A stretch of 64,000 nucleotides of DNA from Hormiphora californensis. Taxonomy: Eukaryota > Animalia > Ctenophora. Positions 44,960-57,599 of this stretch are shown here, piece after piece (the stretch's first letter is position 1; each line of letters starts with the position of its first letter). A program made the translations under genes and the position numbers. The notes under the pieces were generated by a model. The model was not told the DNA's origin. It was given only the letters and a program-made list of their open reading frames with translations, and did no database searches. The stretch lies in the NCBI GenBank assembly GCA_020137815.1, contig CM035355.1:682001-746000 (forward strand), in the 5' to 3' direction.

Positions 44960-45464
44960 GTTCTAGTGCAGTACTAAAGGGGCGCCGCCGTGGAGAAGAG
45001 AACTGGCCACCTGGGCCTGTTAATTGCTAAACTTAATTTCTAACCCCTACCATTTTCAAATCAGGTACTGCAGTGGTGCAAGTTAGATAGTACGAGGCTG
45101 TATCCGACACTAAAGCAGTTGAGAAGGTTCAATCCTGGAAGGAAGTACTGGGTACGAGGGGATCTGTGATATATCATGTGTGCTGATTAGGGACCTACAT
45201 GTTCCTTGAATTGCCGTTCTATCTGCAAAGGGACCTTGAACGGGTGTTGGATGGTGTATCTGAAGGACGTATGTTTTAATATTGTAAATTTGTGTGTAAA
45301 ATGCTTCTGAGATGTGTGGTGTATGGAATACCTTTGTTTCTACCGCCTGAATGATGAGGGAGGATATTCATTATTCACCAGTTCATTCTGTGATTCAAGA
45401 CGCTTTATATTTTTGGTGGCTATTCGTGATGATAAAATTCCGAGACGTTTGAGAGTTATTGTAT

Positions 45465-45814
45465 GGGGGGTTGACACTTTGTAACATGTGCAGAAAACTT
45501 TTTGTGCACGTTACATGCTACAAAGTGTTACAAAGTGTTACATAGTGTTACAAAATGTTACAAATTGTTACAAAAAGTGACCAAAAAATGTCTCTAGCGT
45601 AAAATACTGAAATAAATATTACGTGATTGTATTTAGCTGAGCCTAAGACACTGTTTCATGATGTTTTATACAAAATATCAGCTCAAAATCGGGTGTACGG
45701 ACCTGTCTTAAGCCATATAAAATATGTAACATTTTGTAACACTTTGTAACATGTGCAGAAAACTTTTTGTGCACGTTACAACATATTACAAAGTGTTACG
45801 TGTCACCCCCCCCC
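45465..45814. mobile_element. Short copy of the G-run TIR family, 6-bp TSD
   Basis: ggggggttgacac / gtgtcaccccccccc; TTGTAT at 45459-45464 and 45815-45820; same subterminal motif as 13975-15118. Confidence 0.88.
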
Positions 45815-46415
45815 TTGTATATGTTAGCTGCTGGCCCAAACCAGTGTGAGTTGTGATATTGGGATACTATTAATTTTAATCTTGACAATACTAAAATTAG
45901 TAAGTTTCCTTTTGTACCTACATCCCTTTTTTCTTTTGTGTTCAACTGTCTGTGCAGTGTGCACTGTGCAGTGCGTCCGTCTGCTTGACTGTCCAGTGTC
46001 CTTCACTGTGGACACTGTCCACTTATAAATTGATATTTCTGTCTTCATGTCTGTCTCCCTGTTTGTCTGGTAGTCTGTCTTCCTTTCTGTCTGTCTCCCA
46101 GTTTGTTTGTCTGGCGGTTTGTCAATTCCTTTCTGTCTTCCTTCCTGTGTGTTTGTCTGGCAGTCTGTCTTCCTTTCTGTCTCCCTGTCTTTTTGTCTGC
46201 CGGTCTATCTTCCAGTCTGTCTTCCTGTATCATACAGTGTATTTATGTGTGTGTCTGTATTCCTAACTGTCTATCAGAACAGAGACACCTGCAGAGACAC
46301 TGACAGAGAGCGAGGGTGGGAGGGACTAGGAGACTGAGTGACCTGACACAGACGTCAGACTGAGATACTGGCTCGAATGAAAAGAGAGAGAGAGAGAGAT
46401 ACTTACTTTTGATAT

Positions 46416-46484
<69 letters not shown>

Positions 46485-46669
46485 GAAAGATAGATTGAGA
46501 GAGAGTTGAGAGAGAGAGAGAGAGAGAGGGAGATAGATGGGGTGGGAGAGAAAACCTATGAAAGTATGAAAACCTATGAAGAACGGTTTAGCGCTCAAGC
46601 GCTAGGCCTGACCCATTCTCGCTTCTCTCAAGCGCGAGAACTGTGGTCAGAGCATTGGCCTGACAGGTT

Positions 46670-46986
46670 GTTAGGGCAACTATAGCCCTTGACAGGAGGT
46701 TTATCGGGTATCTCTGCCAGAAAGGAGTCAAGGGCGCTTTTAGCACCGGCAAGGGATTCCTGTGTCTTCATATGGGCAGGCATAGCGTTGAAGAGTGCTA
46801 TCGCAGATGATGTAAACGTAAAACGAGTTATATATCTTTGTGTTAACCGTAACGCTCTTCAAAGAGGCCTTTCCAAGTGTCTGTGTACGTTCTGCATAAT
46901 CATATGGCCCGAGTCTTGGGGTTCCGAAACGTTATGTTGCATCGCTATGGTTTGGTAGTAGCTAGGCCTCGCCATATCTTCCACAT

Positions 46987-46990
<4 letters not shown>
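46670..46990 (-). mobile_element. Decayed LINE ORF2 C-terminal fragment
   Basis: [49 protein letters not shown] across frames. Confidence 0.65.
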
Positions 46991-47073
<83 letters not shown>

Positions 47074-47940
47074 GAGTGAGAGAGAGAGATGAGGGAAAGA
47101 GGGTGGGAGAGAGGGTGGGACTGAGATTGGCTATGACTATCGGTAAGACTTCACATGCACAGTTCACACTGACGAACATTCTCAATTCTCATTGGTAGTG
47201 GTACCATTGCTACCATCCTACAACTAGTACTACTAGTACTACTACTACCTCTCCGATACTTGTCAGGCACTGACTGTACATCGCGAATCTCTTCCTCGCT
47301 ACGCGGCCTCACGGTCTTATGTGAGACAATCTGATACCCTGTCCGGCGCCGCGACGCCATCTGAGCGTACTGTCAAACTCGGGTCTGGCACAGCCAGTCG
47401 CCAGACAGCTGATATCTCAGCTCTGTGGCCTCTGCACTACCTCAAGCCTCAGCTCTCTGGCAGTAGCACGTTAGCAGAGGTTGGAACCATTTCTAGTGCA
47501 ATTGCTACCTATTCTCGCGCGACTCGGACTACAGTACTAGTACTACACGGAGTCGATCTCACACAGGTGTCCATGTATACCCATAACCAGGTAGCTGTAG
47601 AGGGGTATACGGTATACTATACGTCATTGTTATCTAGCACATATCTTCTCTACTACCTCACTGTTAGTAGTAGTAGCACTAGCAGTGCTACTGCTACCTC
47701 AGGGTATAAAGATGAAAGTAACATATTAGATAAGTTGTATTGTTCATACGGGGGCTTGGGGTCGGTACAACGGCACAACGCCAGACAGCTATTATACCCC
47801 TTGGAGTTGGACATTGCAGGTTGCTGTGTCAACAAACTGAAGCCTGTTCCATGCCTCGCCATCCGATGTCTCGTCCTGACAGCTGACACTGTCAGTGACA
47901 GAAAGAGAGGCCCTCTATTATATCTTTTCTCTCTTTCTCG

Positions 47941-47992
<52 letters not shown>

Positions 47993-48004
47993 ACTCTCAC
48001 TCTA

Positions 48005-48040
<36 letters not shown>

Positions 48041-48568
48041 CTCTCTAAAAGGAGGAAAAAGATCCGGCAGTAGAGCGAGGAGAAGAGTCCTAGTTCTTGA
48101 GGGAGCTGTCAGGCCAATGCTCTGACCACAGTTCTCGTGCGACGTGCGTGCAGATTATTTGAGAGAAATGAGAATAATGTCAGGCCAATGCTCTGACAGT
48201 GAGGCTAGGGAGTCCCTCTTTGTTCCCCCTTTCCTTGCCTCTGGTGGTCGCCCATCCCCCTCTAACCCCCTTTTCACTCTCAGGACTCAGGTCATAATGT
48301 TCTCTCTTTTTCAACTGAAGTTCGACTTCCCCATTCCTCATCCCTAATCGTTCTTCTATTTCTACTCAATCCAAGACGACAGACGAATTGGCAGACGGCA
48401 TTTCCATGTGCCCAAACCGCACTCCAAGTCCATCCTGGCCCCAAATGAAATTACCCAGGACAAGGCAATGGGCTCCTCAATACACTACCGAAGTGTCTGT
48501 AAGGTGTGGCGGTCCGGGTGTTGTTGAGTTTGACCATGGCAGGTGTATGTGTCTCGGTTGTCAGGTGT

Positions 48569-48709
<141 letters not shown>

Positions 48710-50836
48710 AGGGAGCAACGGCCAACTACTGCACACGGTTGCCTTTCTCGACTGCAACTACATGCTATTCTGAAAGCGACAGTCTGGCCCAGATCAATGA
48801 CCAGAGACGCCTGGTCAGATTTTATATTATAAGTTGAACTCAACAATTATAAGTTATAATTGTTGAGCTCAACAAACCAGATCCTACATGGTTATCCTTA
48901 TGGTTATCCATACATGGTTAGTATAGTTTTCAGTACGGGGTACACTCAAGGTTTTAGTAAAACAGTACAACTACACGATGGATTTTCGGGTCATGGTGTT
49001 GAACACTAAGAAAACAGGAATCTGGCATATTACATCATTTTTTACATCTAAATATTCAACACTAGCATATATAATTATACTGATTACTAAACATATTCTC
49101 AATTCATTACGCATATTTTCTTGACCGATAGGTTACCAAATACCAATTGGTTATAAGTAATAACCTATTATACACTATTGAAAACCATGGGCCCAACCAA
49201 CGGGCTTTCTAGTACATATAATATAATATTATGTCAAAGTAACCCAGCTCATACTGCCCCTATACCAGGAGACGGGACAGTCTGGTTTATGATATTATCA
49301 CGTTCAAGTGGGGTACAATGATTCGTGTAAAACTGACGAAGTTGTAGTTACAACGAAAGATGTCAGATAAAATTAAACAAATAAACCCCTCTTCTCTTAG
49401 TCGAAAACAGCCGAAAGAAATTAACTAATAATTGTTTCTGAATTGAAATGTCCAACTTAACGGCACTGCACAATAACCAGTATATTTTCCAAATAGACGC
49501 ACGGGAAATAATAAATAAAAATCACTATTGTGATAATCTTTGAGACATATAATATCAATTCAAATAATATGATTGTTCCGTAAACATATTTAACATTCTA
49601 TACTCGTTCTAAACTTGATCCAGTGGTAGTTGGTGCAGTGCTTAGTAGAATGAGCTTCTATATCGACCATTTCTACCAAACGTTATAACGCGTTACTAAA
49701 CTGCTACCTGATGGAAAGAAAATGCAGAATACAACTGATTAAGTGGATACAATAATTTTCCATATCGGTTTTCCTGCTAGGCTGCTGGACTTTGAAAAGG
49801 ATGGAAGTGAGTGAAGTCCGATTTGGAATTCGGAACAGGAAAATGATTTCAATTGATTAGAGATCTACCTTTGTTAGGAAGTTCCATCGGGCTACATCGA
49901 CCATCGGGGTTTCATCAGTGTTCCATTGAACTCATGTTACTCACTGTCGTGAATAAAGGTAGCTTGTTCAAGTTCGTTGTGCCTGGAGAAATAAAATATA
50001 TAAGAATCTTGAACCTGGCATTTTTACTTTGTACAGTATTTGGCTAGTCTTGAAAATAACGTACCATTTGCTGATTTCCTAGTCGTATGTGGAGAAAAAG
50101 GCCGTCAATCTTGAAGTTCATGTTCTGACCGCTGATTTCCGTCCTCTTTACACAGTAAAATAATAGTTCTGACATCGCTTTTGAACCTACTCAAATAGAA
50201 ATATGTTGGTCGCTTAAATAGGGGGGGGGTATCAAGGGATCAGGAGTAAAAGGCAAAATAGATAGAGAAAGAATCATCTGAACTGTAACACTGTCACTTG
50301 CACTAACAGTAACAGAGATGAGAGGCCAGAGGGTGGAAGACAAATCGCAATATCGATGTGACAACTCTTCTCATTTGTCCAGTACAGTAAAGACTTAGTT
50401 AAGACTCTTAAACTTAAGACTGTCACAACTGAGTAGGGCAATTATGTCATATGCTCCAGACGAATGATCACAAATAAAATGAAGCCAGGGACAGATGTAA
50501 CAAATTCTCGAAAAATCCAGAACTGACAGGTACTGCTGCAGCAGCTGCAGTACTCACGTGTGTAATATCACGTGATCAAAGCGATCCAATTAAATTCCTT
50601 GTCACAGTACTCTGAGCGTCCATTGGTTTACACTGGTGTCTTGCGGAGGATAAAAGTTCGGACGGTGAATCCGCGCATCGTGTTAAAATTTGGGACGCGC
50701 AAATAAAAACTTAACGCCGCGCACAATAAAACAGGCGCGCGCTCGATTTCAACTTCAAGTATGAAAATCCGTAGGAAATTGGACACACAAAACACCCACA
50801 GGCTCAAAACTCATTTACCCGAACAGCAACTCCGAT

Positions 50837-53800
50837 ATGTTTAACGTTAACTTTAACTCCCTTAAAGCTAATATTTCACTTATCCATGCTCAAAGCAACC
50901 AAACTGAAACTAACGTTGTTGTTCACAACAGTGGAGATCCACTACCAACCCTGCCGCTGAAGTTTTATGACTCCGGGCACATTGCCAACCTCGTTGTGCT
51001 CCTCATAAGGAACGTGTATATCGTTCTAGAGAATATTACTGTTACTAACAATATGATATTGTCGGGAAGGCATGCCCGAGTAGACCCCAGGGTTATGCTT
51101 TATTCTGCATCCCCGGATTTTCTCGACTGGAAAAATCTTTTAGAAGATCCAAGTTTTATCAGCGTTCTATCACATTTCTTTCCAGGTCGAAACAGTTTGA
51201 TAATTAAGCCGTGTGCCACTACTTCTAATATTCTTGACATGTGTGGGCTTCAAACGTCGTTGTTGGTAACAAGTGGTTTGTTAATTCATAATCGACTACC
51301 ACTGCAAAATGCTCTTTCAACCGAGGCAGCCTTTTTGCGGGCTTCAGCCCTTGTAAGAGACTGCCTGTCAAACAATAGACCAGTTATCTTTGGCATAACA
51401 ACAAGCTTTTATAGTTTTGATTCTCTGTGTGACTTTCTTAACCCAGAATTACAAGAGGAGGATAGCTTATCAACCGTTGTAGGTACCGCATTGGAATATA
51501 CCCCTATTCCAATTCCAAGCGATTTGTGGCAGTTGCAGTACAAACCTGCTGAAAAATCTGCTGGACTTGTGCTTAGCGTGTGCGAGGAAGATCTCTCTCA
51601 CTCTTTTTGGAAAATCCCAAGCCGAGAAGAACTCCGCAACGATTCTGCAGAACTAGATAAGTTGATTGATAAATTGAATAAGTCTATATCTTCAGATGAA
51701 GGTGAAATTCCCATTGTTGACAATAATCCCATCGCAGATGTTGATGAGGATATGCTTGATGAAGATCTCCCTGTATGTGACTTTACTGATAGTTGTGATG
51801 TCCCTGTTAACCAAGGTACAAATCATGTTGATAATGTAGATAATGATGTAACTGTACCCATCAGCCCTACTAAGATTGTAACTGTTGGTCATGTTACTGT
51901 TGGACCGTGTACAAATGTAAATGAAAACAATAGCGTTAACCCAGGTACAATTCATGTAGATAATGATGTATCTGTACCCATCAGTCCTATTATTAAAATT
52001 GTAAATGTTGGTCATGTGACTCTTCCACCGTGTACAGATGTAAATAAAAATAACGTTAACACTGGTACAAATCATGTAGATAATGATGTATCTGTACCCA
52101 TCAGTCCTATTAAAACTGTTGGTCATGTTACTGTTCCACCGTGTACAAATGTAAATGCAAACAATGATGATTCTGTAAATACAACCCCTGTGATTGTCGG
52201 TGAAGTAATTCCTTGTAAAGAACTCGGGCCTAACTGCCGTCGACTAACAAAACCTTCGGTTGCCCCTGTTCTTCACTACCACTGTACTAATTGTGAAACG
52301 TATTCTCACAAATCGAAACAGCGTGTTCTAGAGCACATACCAAAATGCCGTATTAAAGGCAGCGCTCCCTGTCTCGAACCCTGTCGACAACGAGAAGGTA
52401 TTTGTCCACCACGAATTCATTATCATTGCCGTGTTGAACCATGTAGTTATAATCATTCCAGTATGAAGCTTGTATTGAAACATATGGAAACACAGCACCA
52501 ACCCAAATCATCTCCAGCTACCACAAAGATTCCAACTCTACAAGTACAGCTGGTGTGTAAAAAATCTTCAATATATCTTGTCAGGAATCGTTTAGTTGGT
52601 GTCGCCAGTCCTGTCCATGTGAAGTTGACAAACAAATCGTTTAAGTGTAGTGGTTGTTATGACTCTGTCTTGGGTGATGTGCCCTGTGAACATGTCTCTG
52701 CATGTAGGAGTTACACCATGCCTCCTTCTGTCGAAGATTTGGTCGAGAATAAAGACAGATTTTCTGAAATTGATAATGAGTTAATGGATAAATATTTTAA
52801 AATCGGTAGATATTTAGAAAAGACAATTTGTGCTAGTTTTATACCTACAAACAAAGACAGCAGATATTGTTATTTCAGCGTTTATGATTATGCGAATTAT
52901 ACGGAATGTATTGACAGAAGGTTAGTTACTCTCGATAGAGAAGATGGTAAGACGTCGTGTGAGTGTAACAAGCAGTTTTGTGTTCACCGTAAACTCGTTT
53001 CTGTAGCACGTGGTGTCAATGATTTGATTCGAGAGAAACGTCACGCTATGGGTGATGATTCGAAGTGATGTAAAGAATGTTGAGAGAGCTGTTAACTATT
53101 TATTGGAAAATAAGCGAATTCCTATTTTTGATCGGGCTCCATGCTCCGAAGTTAGTTGCTGATACTGACGGTAATAGTACTGTTTTAAAAGATTTTTCAC
53201 CGAGAGAAAAAATGTGTAAATACTGCTGTAAAGATCTTGTTTTTCACCAGAAACATTCAAAGGGTATAATATTTAATCTTAATAGTAACCGGGTTGAGAA
53301 TGTTTCAGTCTCAACGAAGATTTGCCCTACTTGTTCCCTTGTTTACAGATACAGTGAATCTGACGAGGGATACTTTAACTTCAACAACACATCGTTTTTC
53401 ACTATTCGTCTAATGGAATACTCTTTGTGTTTGTGGCTGAATGGTACACCCCTTGATAGACAAATTAATGCTTTCCATCAAAATGGGTTTGATGTATGCA
53501 ATCTTCGTGTTTTTAGACATGCATTGAGAGCCTACATATCTTTGTTGGATTTCGATTTTTCAGCTAACATGTCTTGTCTTCGTTGTGGTTACTATCCCCC
53601 AGTTCTAACTTACGACACTATCAGAAAGACGTGTTTTAACATGAACCCCTCAGATCTGAAGCCTGTTTCTGAAGGTTATGCTTCTTTTGATGACATGATT
53701 TCAGGTGCCCAAAAGCTGGGGCTTTCCCATTCATTCATCCCTGATTCTCAGAAAACAAAAAGCTCGGAGTTTCAAATGAAATTAACACAATCCCTCCCCC

Positions 53801-55392
53801 CTCTTATATCTCCACACAACCAAGCATCTTTGCAGGAGTCTACCAGAAATACAGTTCTTATCGATAGACCTGAAGAGTCGCCAGTATCTATGGCTGACCT
53901 TGAGAGGCTTTTGAAAGGTCCCTAAATCTAGCGAGAAATTGAGAAAGATTTTGAAAACAAATCAGATTCAAACAAGCTGGTGGACTAGAGTTCATGATTC
54001 AGAGAGTTCTGGGCAGTAAAGACGAACCAGATTCGTTAAAAAAAATTCAGAAAGAAATGTTTTCTTTACAGGGAAAATCAGGCGGTATACTACGAGCATT
54101 TTGCCCCCATGGTGTTTGTTACGCACTGAAATTACTAACCCTTTCAGAGAGTGTGTCAGATTACACAAATGTTACTAACCTATTTCAAAGTACCCCCAAC
54201 TGTAAATATTTCCGATATGGCTTCTATGATCGCTGTCCATACTAACAACCACTTCCCTAACTTTTTCCGACCAAATTTAGGTCGGTTCGCTGAGCCTGAC
54301 TCTGACAGAGCGTTTAACTTGAAACACAAAGTGGACAGGCATTCTATTGACCTCTCTTCTACTCGTGAGATTGGTACAGGAAAGCGTACGATGACTAACT
54401 AGTACTCCGATTTATTCAGTTTATGACAGATTCCACCAGTTCAACCATAACGAGCCTGACATGTACTTACGATCACTTGATTATACTGTTCATGCTTCCG
54501 CTCTGAATTCATCTGTAGTAGAACAGAAAAACTCAGAAGTTAGGTAAATTAAAATCATCCCTGAACAGCATGGCCCCTGAAACATTTACCACATTTATGA
54601 CACTTTTGACTGTCAAAAATAACATCAAAGTTAACAAAAAGTGGAATAATTCCATACTTAAATCTGTTAATACTAACAAGAGATCAGCTAACTCCAACTT
54701 ACAATCTGCAAAACGTACCAAGATCGACTACACTTTACTAGGTCAATCTGACTCTGGTAGGAACACAGTTAAATAACAGTGTTCGTGACATCTTGTACAG
54801 TAGTAATCAGTGGTATGACGACGTTATTATCAATAGTTATTCTGACATGTGCGTTAGAGCAACTGGTAATAAAGTTTATTCAGTTCCTTCGTCAGTCAGT
54901 CAAGTACCTGACGAATTGCCTCCATGTAGTAAACCTTTTGTACAGATTTTTAATGACAATTAGATTCATTGGATTTGTATTTCAAACGTTTTATCCGATT
55001 CAACTTCTGTTGATCTATTCGACTCCTCCTTATTGAAACGATTACGAAGTGATCAATTGAGCTCTCCATTAGTTAACTTTATTATGAAAATACAGCCTAC
55101 TACCACTTCAGTCAACATTGTTGATACACCGCAGCAAACCAATTGTAATGATTGCGGTCCCTGGGCCCTTTGTTACTTTTGGGCTCTTTGTAACAAACGG
55201 CTTCCATCTGATTACCCTTTTATATCAGCAAGCAAAATGCGAGAAAATGTCCGCGTTTCTTTTGAAGCTGATAAGTTTGTTGCACCTACTGAAACAGAGC
55301 CTATGCTAACAACAAAAACTATTTTAAAGGTATTCAAGCTTACATATGATACCCTTATTGGTACAACCGAGCCACAGTTTAAAAGTGTTTAA
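50837..55392 (+). mobile_element. Frameshifted KDZ/Zisupton-type (HMGXB3-like) transposase gene with Zn fingers, SWIM, CxC4, SAP-like, KDZ catalytic and Ulp1/C48 protease regions
   Basis: C2H2-like HYHC motifs; SWIM CSGC..CEH and CEC..CVH; CxC4 PREKMCKYC..KICPTCSLVYRY..GYFNFN..CLRCGYYP; GKSGG..FCPHGVCY..ESVSD; YDRFH; LNSSVVEQ; protease WYDDVIINSY..HW..FDS..QQTNCNDCG. Ends not found. Confidence 0.85.
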
Positions 55393-55447
55393 TCTATGTA
55401 ATTAAATTAGTTTACTGACCAAATTATGATGACACATCGAATTATTA

Positions 55448-55850
55448 AATTTATTGGGTACTGCATGGCAGGACAATAAATGAAACGTGGCAAAAATGTG
55501 ATCACTTGTGATCCATTAAAAATGAAGGAATACTACAATTTATTGGGTACTGCATGGCAGGACAATAAATGAAACGTGGCAAAAATGTGATCAATTGTGA
55601 TCCATTAAAAATGAAGGAATAATGCAATTTATTGGGTACTGCATGGCAGGACAATAAATGAAACACGGCAAAAATGTGATCAATTGTGATCCATTAAAAA
55701 TGAAGGAATAATGCAATTTATTGGGTACTGCATGGCAGGACAATAAATGAAACGTGGCAAAAATGTGATCACTTGTGATCCATTAAAAATGAAGGAATAC
55801 TACAATTTATTGGGTACTGCATGGCAGGACAATAAATGAAACAGAAATGT
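55448..55850. repeat. 89-bp tandem repeat, ~4.5 copies, just after the transposase gene
   Basis: ttattgggtactgcatgg at 55451, 55540, 55629, 55718, 55807. Confidence 0.95.
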
Positions 55851-56310
55851 GATCACGGGGTGATCACCGTTGTGTTGGTAACCCTAACTCAACAATTTTT
55901 TAGCAAGCATGTTTAAACCGTTTATTTGCCCTGACATGGCCTGGTGAGTGGTGTGTTCATATCAGCTCTTTTCCCTGATGATTGACAGCGGTACCGGGCA
56001 CAAATAATCAAGGTAAGGACAGTCACACACACCCCACATACACACACAAACACATCTGGTTATAAGAATTCTTATATTTTATGGATATTGGTTTGATATG
56101 ATTTAATTTTTTTATTATATGTAACACATTTCAGGCATTGTTAGCCAGAAAGCGAGGAGTTTGATTTCAGGACAGTTCTGTGCATGTTGTGAGCTTTCCC
56201 ATCCAGCAGACTTCAATTCACCGGTAATAGGCAGTTTGGGATGTATATAGTACTTTAAAACTATTTTAACCGACCTCTTTTCTCCTAGATTTTACATGTT
56301 TTAGACTTTA

Positions 56311-57311
56311 TAGTTAGGGGTAATAACACCGAATATCGCCTTGACTGAGAAATAATTTGTGTCAAGCTGATTTCTTCACTAACGTGTCCCAATGGGTCCC
56401 CTCCATCCCTCCTGAGTTTTTCCAAACTCGGGATGGGGTGCAACATGTTCATTTCCGGGTTTACTTTTTACCTGCATTTCTAGCCTGAGGCTAAAAGCGT
56501 AACTACCCTTATTAGGAAAGGAGTAGAGACAAAATCAAGGGCACTAAAATGATCAGCGTCCTCGCATTAGTGGGGGTAGGTGCCGGAATTAAGTCTATCT
56601 CATCTGGTTAATTAGATAATTGAATAATTAGGTTTGTGCATAACCGTTTTTTGGCTATAATATAGCCGCTATATCATGGCTATAACCACTTAGGAAGGGT
56701 TTAGAGACTTATCATTCGTGCCATTTTGTAGGCAAAGCCAAGTTATCGGGTGGGGTAGACGTCGAACTTTTAAGCTCCATCTTCAACCGTTTAGCCGTTA
56801 TTTGGCTTTTAAGATGCTCAAAATGAGTGAGCAAAATACGGTAAAAAGCACGATTTTGAGCACCTTTACAGCTAAACGGTTGAAGATAGAGCTTAAAAGT
56901 CCAACGTCGACCTCCTTTAACAACAAAATGGCATCAATGAAACGTCTCTAAACCATTCCTAAGTGGCTATAGCCATATAGCCAACAAACGGTTGTGTGCA
57001 AACCTAATTATCCAATTATCTAATTAACCAGATCAGATAGAGACTTAATTCCGGCACCTACCCCCACTAATGCGAGGACGCTGATCCCTTTGGTGCCCTT
57101 GATTTTGTCTCTACTCCTTTCCTAAGGGTAGTTACGCTTTTAGCCTCAGGCTAGAAATGCAGGTAAAAAGTAAACCCGGAAATGAACATGTTGCACCCCA
57201 TCGAGTTTGGAAAAACTCAGGAGGGCTAGAGGGGACCCATTGGGACACGTTAATGAAGAAATCAGCTTGACACAAATTATTTCCCAGTCACTCGACTACT
57301 GCCCCTAACTA
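56311..57311. mobile_element. 1001-bp foldback element, TAG..CTA ends, 3-bp TSD; core shared with 1157-2160
   Basis: tagttaggggtaata / tactgcccctaacta; TTA at 56308-56310 and 57312-57314. Confidence 0.9.
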
Positions 57312-57460
57312 TTAGTTTGGGAAAATTGGTCGTGTTTATGTTGTAAGGATTTAGGACGAGAAAGGTTTTGGAGTGAAAGCAGAAAGTTCATTATTATTTT
57401 CATCTTAGATTTTACCCTATTCATTTTATACTTCTTGCTTAACTAGCGCACTCAAGTAAG

Positions 57461-57599
57461 GGCTGTAAACAACCCACCCGGCTCCGCCCGGCGGAGCCGG
57501 GTGGGTTGTTTACAGCCGGGTGGGTTGTTTACAGCCGGGTGGGTTGTTTACAGCCGGGTGGGTTGTTTACAGCCGGGTGGGTTGTTTACAGCCGGGTGG
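57461..57599. repeat. Perfect 57-bp palindrome followed by 19-bp tandem copies of its right arm
   Basis: 28-bp arms 57461-57488 and 57490-57517; unit gccgggtgggttgtttaca about 5 times. Confidence 0.92.

Noticed and set aside
47150-48560. ORFs 47321-48073 and 47653-48000
   Set aside because: Partly microsatellite, no recognisable domain, inconsistent frames
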